Of a stretch of DNA of 64,000 bases, positions 28,680-38,364 are shown piece by piece (the stretch's first letter is position 1; the number at the start of each line of letters is the position of its first letter). The DNA is from an uncultured bacterium. Lineage in GTDB: Bacteria > CSSED10-310 > CAZUFC01. The stretch lies in the NCBI GenBank assembly GCA_964619725.1, contig CAZUFC010000013.1, forward strand, positions 1 to 64,000, read 5' to 3'. The notes under the pieces were generated by a model. The model worked only from the letters and a program-made list of their open reading frames with translations. It was not told where the DNA came from and did not search any database. The translations under genes and the position numbers were made by a program.

Positions 28680-30497
28680 ATGACAAAGAAGAAAACAACG
28701 AAGCAGAAAACGACGACAAGGGGTCTCGGTAAAGCCGATAAAGAGGAAACACGAAAGAAGTTGCTGGAATTATTTTCGCGTGAGGACGAAATCGGGGACC
28801 GGCATCCCAGACGGGAGATATTCGAGAATTTAGAAAACATGAGGAGTTTCCGGTTCGGTTTGCTCAACAGGGACTTCGAAAGAATCAGGGACGTCTGCAA
28901 AGTCTTGTATTCACGGGGGAACGCGCTAATGACCGAGGTTCACTCGCTGGGTACGATTCTTCTGACTTCCGCCCGGCTTTCGGAAGCCAAAAAAATGAAG
29001 CAGGGCAAAAGCGGTGCAGTAATGGACCAGCATCTGGCTCGCTGTATCTCTGAGGGTATAATGAAGGATTTCGGAAGCGACATAACTACGGCTTTGTATG
29101 CGTTGCTGGACTTTCTTTATGAAAATGAGGACGAACCTGTTCGGACCGCTGCCAGGGGCGGGAGAGACCTGGTCAAAGAGATTCCTCTTCAGAGTAATCT
29201 TCTTGTCGCTTATATTGCGGTACACAGTTGTATAGCGTGGTTGCAGATGAATACGATAAATTTCACTCCATCAGTTCAAGATATTCTCCAGGACCCGGGC
29301 GATGAAGAGGCGTGGCTGATGTATGCGGAATATCTGGCTGAGAGCGGTGGGGTAACTGCCGTCGATAGAATTTCACGTATGCTGAACCGATACGCCAGGA
29401 ACAAGAAAAAAGTTAAGGCGAAATTGAAAAAAATCAGAGAAATGATCGAAAAAGAGTCTCCGGTCAAGAAGAAGACGGAATCCTATGGAGTTATAAGAAA
29501 TGCTTCCTGGATACTGAAAACGGCTCGTCCTCCTAAGTTTGACGATTTATTGAAGAGCAAGAAATTTAAAGAGCCCGAAGATGCTTTTCATGTAACAGCG
29601 TATTATAAGGAGATAAAGGATGAGACGTTTCGCATGGAGACTTCGATAGAGATCAGGGATATGAGGGATAAGAAGGCCGGCAAGCAGATACAGGAGAAAT
29701 TAAGAGAACTTGGTTTTAATGAAAAAACGGCCTGGATACTATACAGGATGAAGTTGCATCATTTGTCGGATTTAACTGATATACTGACGACCGACGATAT
29801 CACTTTACCGGGTATGTCGGAAAAGAAACTGAACAAGATTCGCCAGAAGATCAGAAAAGGCATCGGCTTCGCAGATCGGCCGCCTCGCACGGATTTGCAG
29901 CGCTTGGAACTGCCGACTCGACTGGAGCGCGTTCTTCTTGACGCCGGCATACGCCGTATAGATCAATTGAGAAACATGGACGACAAACAATTACTTGAGG
30001 TAAAGGGCGTCGGCGCCACATCCCTTACCACGATCAGAAATGCGGTCGGACGTTATGCGGATGCGGAAGTGGTCGAAGGGGCTGAGCTGGATGAGGAGTT
30101 CGAATCATTGAAGGAAGTCGGCGGAAACCGTCCTGAAGAGGTTTTTCACAGATTGATGGTGAGATTGGAGCCGGAGGAGCGGCGGGTGCTTTATCTCAGG
30201 TATGGGGTGGAATGGGAGGAACCGCTTGGCTACAGAAAGATATCGAATATTATGGGAATTTCGGAGTCTCAGTGTCGTGCGCTGAATGAATCCGCCATGA
30301 AAAAATTGAAGGACCCTGTTATTCTGAATTACATCAATGAGTGGATGACTGGTCCTTTTACTGAATGGACGCTCAGCCTGGTGCCGTCCATGTCGCGTAA
30401 CGCCATATCCCAGAAGGAAATTAAAGCGCACCTGGGAAGACGCGACAGAAATGCCCTGAATTTGCTTGAACTTCTCCTGTCTGAAGCTCAAAAATAA
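28680..30497 (+). CDS. Uncharacterised protein with two RNAP alpha-CTD-like repeats and a sigma70 region-4 HTH
   Basis: LQRLELPTRLERVLLDAGIRRIDQL..LLEVKGVGATSL (alpha-CTD-like); LEPEERRVLYLRYG..ISNIMGISESQCRAL..AMKKLK (sigma region 4). Confidence 0.75.
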   Translation: MTKKKTTKQKTTTRGLGKADKEETRKKLLELFSREDEIGDRHPRREIFENLENMRSFRFGLLNRDFERIRDVCKVLYSRGNALMTEVHSLGTILLTSARLSEAKKMKQGKSGAVMDQHLARCISEGIMKDFGSDITTALYALLDFLYENEDEPVRTAARGGRDLVKEIPLQSNLLVAYIAVHSCIAWLQMNTINFTPSVQDILQDPGDEEAWLMYAEYLAESGGVTAVDRISRMLNRYARNKKKVKAKLKKIREMIEKESPVKKKTESYGVIRNASWILKTARPPKFDDLLKSKKFKEPEDAFHVTAYYKEIKDETFRMETSIEIRDMRDKKAGKQIQEKLRELGFNEKTAWILYRMKLHHLSDLTDILTTDDITLPGMSEKKLNKIRQKIRKGIGFADRPPRTDLQRLELPTRLERVLLDAGIRRIDQLRNMDDKQLLEVKGVGATSLTTIRNAVGRYADAEVVEGAELDEEFESLKEVGGNRPEEVFHRLMVRLEPEERRVLYLRYGVEWEEPLGYRKISNIMGISESQCRALNESAMKKLKDPVILNYINEWMTGPFTEWTLSLVPSMSRNAISQKEIKAHLGRRDRNALNLLELLLSEAQK

Positions 30498-30596
30498 TTC
30501 ATCGCAAATTTTCGTTCTTTCAGCATCACTCTACTAAGGCAATCGAAATATTCTGTGCCTTGAATCGATTTTCATAAAAAAGGGAACACTCACGGA

Positions 30597-31058
30597 TTGA
30601 AGCATATTTTCTGTACGCGGTTAAATCACTATAAAGACATCATCGTCTGTCTTTCGAGATGCGACAAATGGTGCAGAGAGTTTAAGAACATTATCGTCCG
30701 GGACCGCGAGGAATTTTGGACCAGGGTGAAAAGTCAATACAACGAGGTTTATGCGGACAAATATTTGCTGGTTTATGATTTAATCCCCCTAATGGGGAAG
30801 GGAGCAGGAAAAATGAGCGTCACGAAGGAAAAACTTTTTATTGGCGTAGGACAGGATGGTCAGCTTGTTTTGGGTTCTGATCAGGATATCATCCAGGCTG
30901 CCGAAGAGGGAAAGGAATTCAAAAACATTTATGCCGTTGGGAATGAGCATGAATTGGTGCTGAAGTTAGTTCCGAAGAGGAGTAAGTCGGCATCGGGCAT
31001 TAAGAAGGGAGACAAGAAACGCAAGAGTTCCGGCGGAAAATCGAGCAAGACGAAGTGA
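30597..31058 (+). CDS. Hypothetical protein with Cys-rich N-terminus and basic tail
   Basis: 153-aa ORF filling the intergenic space; alternative internal start ATG 30813 with SD-like sequence. Confidence 0.6.
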   Translation: MKHIFCTRLNHYKDIIVCLSRCDKWCREFKNIIVRDREEFWTRVKSQYNEVYADKYLLVYDLIPLMGKGAGKMSVTKEKLFIGVGQDGQLVLGSDQDIIQAAEEGKEFKNIYAVGNEHELVLKLVPKRSKSASGIKKGDKKRKSSGGKSSKTK

Positions 31059-31212
31059 AGATATGAGCAGGGAGTGATAAACACAAAAAAATTATATATA
31101 AAGCCCGCGGTACGGTAATATTTCATTTGCCTTTCCCGGCGTTTTTCATTATGTTGAGTAGATTGTAAGGAGAATAATCTCTGTTATTCAAACAACAACC
31201 AAGGAGAACAAA

Positions 31213-32442
31213 TTGAATGGACTGAGGCAACTGAATTTCTTGTCGGTCATGATGATGTTGCTTTTTCTGTCGATTCCCTGGTCTTTTCTCCAGGCGCAGG
31301 AACCGACGGAAGAGATGTCGACGGAAATAACGGAGGAGGAACTCGCAGCTCCGGAAGCCGAGCCGGAAGTAACGGAGCCGACCTTGGAACCGCCCCGTTC
31401 TTTGACAGCCGGCGATAAGGAATACGACAAAGGCGGCGCTATTCAACTGAACTGGGAGCATCCGGAAGGAGAGAGACCTGAGATTTACGTCATTGAAAGG
31501 CGGAGGAAGGATACGGAGGAGTGGAGTTCGATCGGGGTTACTGTAAGAAACAGCTATGTGGACTCCAGCACGCGTGATGACGTGGAATATCAATACCGGA
31601 TAAAAGCTGCGGCCGGAGAGGAGGAAAGCGAATTCATCGTCAGCGATTTAGCCGTCAGCAGCGATACTTGGTTCAGAGCCGACCGGTTGACTATATTCAT
31701 AAGCATCGTAATTTTTACGTCATTTGTCGTTTATTTCATCCTGGCGGCTCGTCGCGGCGTTGAACTGTTTATTCGGAGGATACCCGGTTTGACGGCAGTT
31801 GAGGAGGCCATCGGAAGAGCGACGGAGATGGGGCGGCCGGTTTTGTATGTTCCCGGCACCGGATACATTGAAGACGTTGCGACTGTCGCTTCCTTGAATT
31901 TGCTCGGTGAAATAGCCCGGAGGACCGTCAGATACAACGTCAGGATTATTTGTCCGAACATGGACCCAATCGTTTATACGGTGGCCAGAGAAATCGTCAA
32001 GGAAACTTATGCCCAGGAAGGTCATCCGGACTTTTTTGATCCCAATTCAGTATTTTTTGTAGTTAGCGATCAGTTTGCCTTTGCCGCAGCAGTGGACGGC
32101 ATTATGATCAGGGAAAAGCCTGCCACGAATTTTCTTTTGGGACTGTTCCGCGCTGAATCTCTGATTCTGGCCGAAACGGGAGCCATGACGGGAGCGATTC
32201 AGATAGCCGGAACCGACGATACTTCGCAGCTTCCGTTTTTCATTACGGCATGCGACTATACTCTGATCGGAGAAGAACTTTACGCTGCATCTTCCTATTT
32301 GTCAGGCGAACCGATTCTTCTGGGTACAATCAAGGCTCAGGATTACGGAAAATTAGTCATTCTGGCGGTTATGATTCTTGGAACTTTATTATCTCTTATC
32401 TTCAACATGGACATTCAGAATTGGTTATTCACATACATATAA
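31213..32442 (+). CDS. Fibronectin type III + DUF6754-like membrane protein
   Basis: Signal peptide, acidic linker, Fn3 (LNW..P, Y.IER, Y.YRI.A), TM, IRRIPGL.AVEEAIGRATEMG, LIGEELYAASSYLS. Confidence 0.8.
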   Translation: MNGLRQLNFLSVMMMLLFLSIPWSFLQAQEPTEEMSTEITEEELAAPEAEPEVTEPTLEPPRSLTAGDKEYDKGGAIQLNWEHPEGERPEIYVIERRRKDTEEWSSIGVTVRNSYVDSSTRDDVEYQYRIKAAAGEEESEFIVSDLAVSSDTWFRADRLTIFISIVIFTSFVVYFILAARRGVELFIRRIPGLTAVEEAIGRATEMGRPVLYVPGTGYIEDVATVASLNLLGEIARRTVRYNVRIICPNMDPIVYTVAREIVKETYAQEGHPDFFDPNSVFFVVSDQFAFAAAVDGIMIREKPATNFLLGLFRAESLILAETGAMTGAIQIAGTDDTSQLPFFITACDYTLIGEELYAASSYLSGEPILLGTIKAQDYGKLVILAVMILGTLLSLIFNMDIQNWLFTYI

Positions 32443-32463
32443 CGATGGAGGATTTGTTCGATT

Positions 32464-33126
32464 ATGAAACGTAAATTACCTCTGGCGCTTGTTTTCATCC
32501 TGGCGATATGGGGAATTCTGTCCTATTTCGTTTTTGAAAAGCATGTCCAGACTGCCGATGAATTATACAGAAATAAATTCCTGGTCATCATAGCGGCTTT
32601 CGCCATTATACTGGGAATCGGCAGTCTGATTCAGTACCACATCAACAAAATTAAGCATAAGCAACGTTACTGGCCCTACAGCATCGTTACATTATTATCT
32701 CTCGTCGTATCGTCGCTCATCGGAATCTTTGGGGGGCCCAGCGGTCAGGAAGGCTGGTTCAGTCCCGCGGTGGGTTCATTCCGGTTTGACATTCAGCAGT
32801 TATATGAGGGCATCATTGTTCCTTGCGGCTCGACTATGTTTTCCCTGCTGGCGTTTTTTATGAGCAGCGCCGCATACAGGGCGTTCAGGGCTCGCAACAT
32901 GCATGCAATCATGCTGCTGAGCGCAGCCTTCATCGTTATGATTGGTCAGATACCTCTCACAAACACGTGGATTCCCTGGGTCTTCGAAATAAGACAGTGG
33001 ATACTCGATGTTCCCAATCTCGCTGCCAAGAGGGGAATACTTATAGGCATAGGTTTGGGCAGCATCGCTACTTCACTTAAGATTATTCTCGGCATTGAAC
33101 GTTCCTGGTTAGGAGGTGGCGACTGA
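32464..33126 (+). CDS. Conserved hypothetical integral membrane protein
   Basis: About 6 TM; TMFSLLAFF..SAAYRAFR, W...VPN.AAKRGI.IG, LGIER motifs. Confidence 0.85.
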   Translation: MKRKLPLALVFILAIWGILSYFVFEKHVQTADELYRNKFLVIIAAFAIILGIGSLIQYHINKIKHKQRYWPYSIVTLLSLVVSSLIGIFGGPSGQEGWFSPAVGSFRFDIQQLYEGIIVPCGSTMFSLLAFFMSSAAYRAFRARNMHAIMLLSAAFIVMIGQIPLTNTWIPWVFEIRQWILDVPNLAAKRGILIGIGLGSIATSLKIILGIERSWLGGGD

Positions 33127-34001
33127 TGCACTGGTCAGAAAAGCTGATACAAATAGATCGACGAATTATTTTCCTCATAGTGGCGATTGTGATGATCATT
33201 CCCATTATTTTTCCTTTTGGGATGCCGATAAGGGTTTCCAGGCCCACTCAACAGCTTTACGACGCTGTGGAGGAGTCGGCGGCGGACGGCAACAGAGTCG
33301 TTATGATATCCGCTGATCTTGATCCCAAGGATCAGCCTGAGCTTTACCCGATGCTTGTTTCGGTTATGAGGCATTGTTTTCACAGGAATATCCGTGTTCT
33401 TATACTGTGTTTGTACGCACCGAGTCTGGGGTTGGCGGAACAGGCTATTCAGCAGGTTACGGCAGAGTTTAAAGAATCGGGAAACGACAAAGTGAACGGC
33501 GAAGATTACGTTTTCCTGGGTTGGAAGCCTCCGCCTATCATCCCGTTGCTCGGTATGGGCGAGGATATACGTCAGGTTTTCCCCAGGGATTTTTATGGCG
33601 TTCCCATTTACGACCGACCCATGATGAACAACATACGTAATTACCAGGATGTCGATATTTGCGTGGCCCTTTCCGGAGGCAGTCCGCCCCTATGGTATGT
33701 GGCTTATGCTCAGGTCAGGTTCGACCTGAGAGTCGGGGCCGGCTTTACGGCTGTTTCCGCTGCAGATATGTACCCCTACTTGCATTCAGGACAGTTCAGC
33801 GGGCTGCTCGAAGGCATGAAAGGCGCCGCTGAATACGAAGCGATGGTGCAATCCGCCTTTAAAGACGAAAACAGAAGGTTGGCTACTGAAGGCATGAGCT
33901 CACAATCGTTATCTCATCTCAGTATCATTGTCTTCATCATTATCGGCAATATCGGATACTTCACTCAACGAGCCTTGTCGAAAAGGAGGATTACATCGTG
34001 A
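33126..34001 (+). CDS. Conserved hypothetical membrane protein with large extracytoplasmic domain
   Basis: IDRRIIF TM, GEDYVFLGW, PYL.SGQ..GLL.GMKGAAEYE, C-terminal TM ending IIGNI; TGATG overlap with the upstream gene. Confidence 0.85.
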   Translation: MHWSEKLIQIDRRIIFLIVAIVMIIPIIFPFGMPIRVSRPTQQLYDAVEESAADGNRVVMISADLDPKDQPELYPMLVSVMRHCFHRNIRVLILCLYAPSLGLAEQAIQQVTAEFKESGNDKVNGEDYVFLGWKPPPIIPLLGMGEDIRQVFPRDFYGVPIYDRPMMNNIRNYQDVDICVALSGGSPPLWYVAYAQVRFDLRVGAGFTAVSAADMYPYLHSGQFSGLLEGMKGAAEYEAMVQSAFKDENRRLATEGMSSQSLSHLSIIVFIIIGNIGYFTQRALSKRRITS

Positions 34002-34684
34002 GCATATCTCCTGAATTTTGGATTTGGATACAGGCTTTACTGACGCTGTTTATCTTTTCGTTTCTTTATAAGGATAATCCGTTTTACCGGTTCGCCGAGC
34101 ATCTGTTCATTGGCGTTTCCAACGGGTACTTCATTACGTTGATATTTTACAACGTCGTCGTTCCCATGCTTTACGATCCCATTCGCATGGGATTCCAGCA
34201 ACTGGCGGAAGAGGGATTATCCTGGCAACTGTTCAATCCCATAAACGAAGCCAATTTTTTCGTGATAATACCGATTCTCATCGGAAGCCTCTATATCACC
34301 CGATTCATTCCGAAAATCTCCTGGATGATTCGCATACCCATCGGCGCCACTATGGGATACTCCGTCGCCATCGCCATTCCGGCGCTGCTGGAAGCTTCGA
34401 TACTCAAACAATTGAAATCTTCAATCCTGACGCAGGCGGACATGACGGGTTTCTGGCCCAGCGTAAGTTTGATTCTTACGCTGCTCGGTACCCTCGCCAC
34501 GCTGGTCTACTTCTTCTTTTCCAAAGAACATAAAGGCGCATTAAAAATAACTTCGCAGATCGGAATCGCTTTCGTGATGGTCGCTTTCGGCGCCTCTTTC
34601 GGTTTAACCGTCCTGGGTCGTGTGGCCCTGGCCATCGGCCGTTTCGTGTTCCTGTTCAAAGACTGGCTGGGCATGTCCCTTTAA
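33998..34684 (+). CDS. Conserved hypothetical integral membrane protein
   Basis: SFLYKDNPFYRFAEHLFIG, YFFFSKEH, MVAFGASFG.TV.GR; GTGA overlap. Confidence 0.85.
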   Translation: MSISPEFWIWIQALLTLFIFSFLYKDNPFYRFAEHLFIGVSNGYFITLIFYNVVVPMLYDPIRMGFQQLAEEGLSWQLFNPINEANFFVIIPILIGSLYITRFIPKISWMIRIPIGATMGYSVAIAIPALLEASILKQLKSSILTQADMTGFWPSVSLILTLLGTLATLVYFFFSKEHKGALKITSQIGIAFVMVAFGASFGLTVLGRVALAIGRFVFLFKDWLGMSL

Positions 34685-34730
34685 CGGAATACCCGGTTCC
34701 GACAGAGAGTTGAAATGAATTAACATAGCC

Positions 34731-34786
34731 TGTTCTGTGCCGTTGTCCGGTTAGTCTCGCCGTGTGCCGGACGACGGCGCAGAATA
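34731..34786 (+). terminator. Long stem-loop closing the four-gene membrane operon
   Basis: 20-bp stem with three G-U pairs, 16-nt loop, followed by a pyrimidine-rich tract. Confidence 0.55.
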
Positions 34787-34833
34787 TCTTTCCTTTATTC
34801 TTTGAAGTGCGATTACATTTCGACCGCTTTATC

Positions 34834-34863
34834 TTGACATTGCTTGACCGGCGCTGTTAAATT
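34834..34863 (+). promoter_or_regulatory. Putative sigma70 promoter of the flippase/sulfatase operon
   Basis: TTGACA-N18-TAAATT with extended -10 TG. Confidence 0.45.
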
Positions 34864-35007
34864 CTTTCCCTGATTTGTCGGGTTGCGTCTTTACGTCCCG
34901 GAATCTTATCAGGATGATTTGAAATCTGAAACGAACGCTGTAGCTAATTTCCCTGGCAATATCGCCGGCTTGGGCTTTCTCAGTCAAGCCTGAAAAGGAA
35001 CCTTAAA

Positions 35008-36399
35008 ATGAAGAATACAATCAAATGGATCATCAAATTTTTTGTGACGCTGGCATTATTTTTCATGATTTTCACCGAACTGGGAGAACGTTATGTCCAG
35101 ACGCCCAGGAATTCCTGGAAAACAGGAGCGAGTGAGGATTTATTTTATGAACGCGGCAAACGTTTTCTGGGTTTCATCAGGGGACAGCCTGCCGCTGAAC
35201 CTTCCGATCTTGAAGACGCCTGCTCCCTGGATATGAAAAAAGTAAAACTCATTAAAACCAAGGAGGCGGGTCTGAAACCGATAGATTTGGACTTGCACTG
35301 CCATGAAGGTTTTTTTTCGCAGGTATTCGTCAAGTCGGGAAAAGGTTACGCGCTCACGCCGTTGGAGAATGTGCCGCCCGAAGAGCCCATATACATCAAG
35401 ACGAAAGGCTGGTGGCGAATTGCGCCTATCAAGCCGAAGGACTTATGGGATGAGATACGCAATTTAAATACAGGCGTTTTTTGGTTCTGGATATTTTTCG
35501 CTACAGTGATGAAAACCCTGGGCATTTTTTCCAGTTTGGGGCGCTGGTTTGTTTTATTGCGGGGACAGGGAATACGATTGCCCTTACGTTATCTGGCGGG
35601 AACATTTTTCGTGGGCCGTTTTTTCGGAATGTTTTTACCGAGTACCCTGGGTTTGGACGGATACAGGCTTTATGATTCCATTCGACAGACCAAGCGCGCC
35701 ATAGAATGCACCGCCGTCATTGCTGTGGAAAAACTGATCGGATTCGTCGCTTTATTCGGGCTCGTATTCCTGACGCTGCCCCTGGGCACCCGCCTGATCG
35801 ACATACAAAAACCGATTATCCTGGTAGTGATGCTTTTTATTCTCGCATGTTTCATCGGATTCGTCTTCATGCTGCTTTTCGTTCCCCAGACCGCAAAATT
35901 CATCGTCAGAATTCTTCCGATACCTTTTAAAAGCAAAATTTCCGGGAAAATTGATGAAGTCGTCAAGTCGACGACTATTTATTCCGATAAAAAACCGCTG
36001 TTGTGGAAGGCGATAGGTTTAGGCTTCTGCGTCCATCTGGGTACCATAATGATGTATTTTGGAACCATGAGGGCCGTTATGGCCGCGGACGTAGATATGT
36101 TTGATATCTTTTTTACGAGTCCTCTGATGATAACCGGAACAGTTTTCGGTCCTACTATCGGGGGAGAGGGAATAAGGGAACTTGTTTTCACTTATTTGCT
36201 GGGGCCTGTTGCAGGCGCGGCCAAGGCTTTTCTGATCGGTCACCTCGGATTCTGGATCGGCGAATTTCTACTGAGCATACCCGGCGGCATAGTTTATCTG
36301 TCAAGACCCGCGGGATATAAGGTTAAACTGACCTCTGACGATATCAGAAAACTGACTGATCAGAAAAACATTGACCCTATAGAACTTGAGAAGGAGTAA
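35008..36399 (+). CDS. Lysylphosphatidylglycerol synthase TM-domain / flippase-like protein (UPF0104) with extracytoplasmic insertion
   Basis: RW..LLRGQG, FFGMFLPSTLGLDGYR, EKLIG, GGEGIRE; multiple TM. Confidence 0.8.
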   Translation: MKNTIKWIIKFFVTLALFFMIFTELGERYVQTPRNSWKTGASEDLFYERGKRFLGFIRGQPAAEPSDLEDACSLDMKKVKLIKTKEAGLKPIDLDLHCHEGFFSQVFVKSGKGYALTPLENVPPEEPIYIKTKGWWRIAPIKPKDLWDEIRNLNTGVFWFWIFFATVMKTLGIFSSLGRWFVLLRGQGIRLPLRYLAGTFFVGRFFGMFLPSTLGLDGYRLYDSIRQTKRAIECTAVIAVEKLIGFVALFGLVFLTLPLGTRLIDIQKPIILVVMLFILACFIGFVFMLLFVPQTAKFIVRILPIPFKSKISGKIDEVVKSTTIYSDKKPLLWKAIGLGFCVHLGTIMMYFGTMRAVMAADVDMFDIFFTSPLMITGTVFGPTIGGEGIRELVFTYLLGPVAGAAKAFLIGHLGFWIGEFLLSIPGGIVYLSRPAGYKVKLTSDDIRKLTDQKNIDPIELEKE

Positions 36400-36401
36400 A
36401 A

Positions 36402-38330
36402 ATGGAATCGAAAGGCTTTGATTTTTCAAGGCAGTTTTTCATTAGAGCAAAGACGGGATTGTTAAGCGGTTTATGTGCCGGCGCGCTTATGGGGTTGATT
36501 GAAGGCGCCTGGGTTTTTACGATCAACTGGGGAACCGTGAAACCTTATATTTTACCTTACGGCGCTGTTCTTTACGGGATCATAGGATTATTCGCGGGAT
36601 TGGGAGCGGGAATCGCCCTGGGTGTAATCGCGGTTATTCTGAAAAGGACTACCTTGCCTGCGAACAGTTACGCTTTTATCGGAAGCGCTTATTTCTGGGG
36701 ATTGTTTTTTATTTTATCGCGGTTCAGGATTTTCAGAGACGTCATGAAAGAACATGCTTTGCCGTTGTGGCTGCAAATGGGTTTGTTCGCCGGAAGTCTC
36801 GTTTTATTCCTTTTATCCTTCGTGCTGCTCAGGCTCATTCTGCGAAAAGGGATTTTTCAGCATCTAACGAAAATCTCCGGCAGCGCTGCGTTGTTCATTA
36901 TTTTGGCGGCGCTGAGTTTCTTTGTTGGAAGCATACTCAATCCCGTCGAACAGGAATACGCGGATACCCAGCTTGGCCTCAGTCCCGAAATGAAGGACAA
37001 ACCGAATATTTTCTATGTGGTGGTGGATACGTTGCGGGCTGATTATGTTACGGCCTATGGATATAGAAAGGCGTTTACGCCTAATCTGGACAAGTTTGCA
37101 GAGGATGCCGTCCTATTTGAGAAGAATATCGTTCAGTCTTCCTGGACTCGACCTTCCGTCGCCTCTCTGCTGACATCTCTTTATCCGTCGTCGCATCAGG
37201 CTTTCAGAAAACCGGACGTTTTGTCGGATGAAGTGCATTCCATAGCCGAAGTTTTAACCGATGCGGGATGGGTGACGTCAGGCATAGCGAACAACATAAA
37301 CATCTCGCCGGGCTTTAATTTCCACCAGGGATTCACCGATTACATATATCTGTCTCCCGACTATTATTTTTTCGCTGACTCAGGCGGCTCAACTCTGGCC
37401 TTTTATCAAATATTAAGGAGAATAAAGGAAAGATTCCTGGGCTCCAAAAAATACGTGAATCACTACTATCAGGATGCGGACGTCGTAAACGAAACATTCT
37501 TCGATTGGATCGACAAACGGGGCATAGACCGAAAATTCTTTGCTTTTATTCATTATATGGACCCTCATGATCCTTATTTCGTGCATCCTTATAACGGAGT
37601 CGGATATGCCAGGGTCAGCATGCCTGACCCGGACCCGGATATGGCGGATGAGATGATTAAGGCTTACCGGCAGGAAGTGGAATTTTTCGACGAAAAATTC
37701 GGCGACTTTATTGACCGTTTAAAGCGTATGAATTTATACGAAGATGCCGTCATCATTCTTACCGCTGACCACGGGGAAGAATTTTACGAACACGGCGGAT
37801 GGTGGCACGGGACCACTTTATACGAAGAGCAGATTCATGTGCCTTTGATAGTCAAGTTGCCCTCGAACAGAGCAGCCGGGACATCCGTAAAGCGTATGAT
37901 ACGGAGCATAGATATACCTTCCATGATCCTTGGTGAAGTAGGCATTGAGCAACCGGATTCATGGCAGGGAATACCCTTTCCCGTTCCTCCTCCAGAAGAA
38001 GAATTGGCGGAAAAAGTTCCCATGGTTTTTTCAGAAGAAGATTTTGAAGGCAATGTTCTCGCTTCGCTCAGGACGGAAACATGGAAACTTATTAAAGCGA
38101 ATCCCGGCAATCCCCGGGGGCTTCCGACTGAGGAATTGTTCAATTTGGAGGAAGACCCATTGGAAAAGAAAAATTTAAGAGACCAGGAAATCGTGTGGCT
38201 GAAGAAATTGGGCTATCATATGGGCGAAGCCTTGCAGGAAGCAGCAGCGTCGCGAGTGGAGAGGAGCACCGCCGATCTGGATGAAGACACCATTCAGCGT
38301 TTGAAAAAATTGGGATATGTTGAAGAATGA
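36402..38330 (+). CDS. Membrane-bound sulfatase-like hydrolase/transferase (5 TM + Thr-type catalytic domain, LtaS-like topology)
   Basis: VVDTLRAD, WTRPSVASLLTS, HYMDPHDPY, TADHGE; ends LKKLGYVEE. Confidence 0.9.
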   Translation: MESKGFDFSRQFFIRAKTGLLSGLCAGALMGLIEGAWVFTINWGTVKPYILPYGAVLYGIIGLFAGLGAGIALGVIAVILKRTTLPANSYAFIGSAYFWGLFFILSRFRIFRDVMKEHALPLWLQMGLFAGSLVLFLLSFVLLRLILRKGIFQHLTKISGSAALFIILAALSFFVGSILNPVEQEYADTQLGLSPEMKDKPNIFYVVVDTLRADYVTAYGYRKAFTPNLDKFAEDAVLFEKNIVQSSWTRPSVASLLTSLYPSSHQAFRKPDVLSDEVHSIAEVLTDAGWVTSGIANNINISPGFNFHQGFTDYIYLSPDYYFFADSGGSTLAFYQILRRIKERFLGSKKYVNHYYQDADVVNETFFDWIDKRGIDRKFFAFIHYMDPHDPYFVHPYNGVGYARVSMPDPDPDMADEMIKAYRQEVEFFDEKFGDFIDRLKRMNLYEDAVIILTADHGEEFYEHGGWWHGTTLYEEQIHVPLIVKLPSNRAAGTSVKRMIRSIDIPSMILGEVGIEQPDSWQGIPFPVPPPEEELAEKVPMVFSEEDFEGNVLASLRTETWKLIKANPGNPRGLPTEELFNLEEDPLEKKNLRDQEIVWLKKLGYHMGEALQEAAASRVERSTADLDEDTIQRLKKLGYVEE

Positions 38331-38364
38331 TAACTTGATGCGAACTTTTTTGTTTTGAGTCATT

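Noticed and set aside
28680-30497. Replacement primary sigma factor for the missing rpoD
   Set aside because: No region 2 (core binding, -10 recognition) motifs visible
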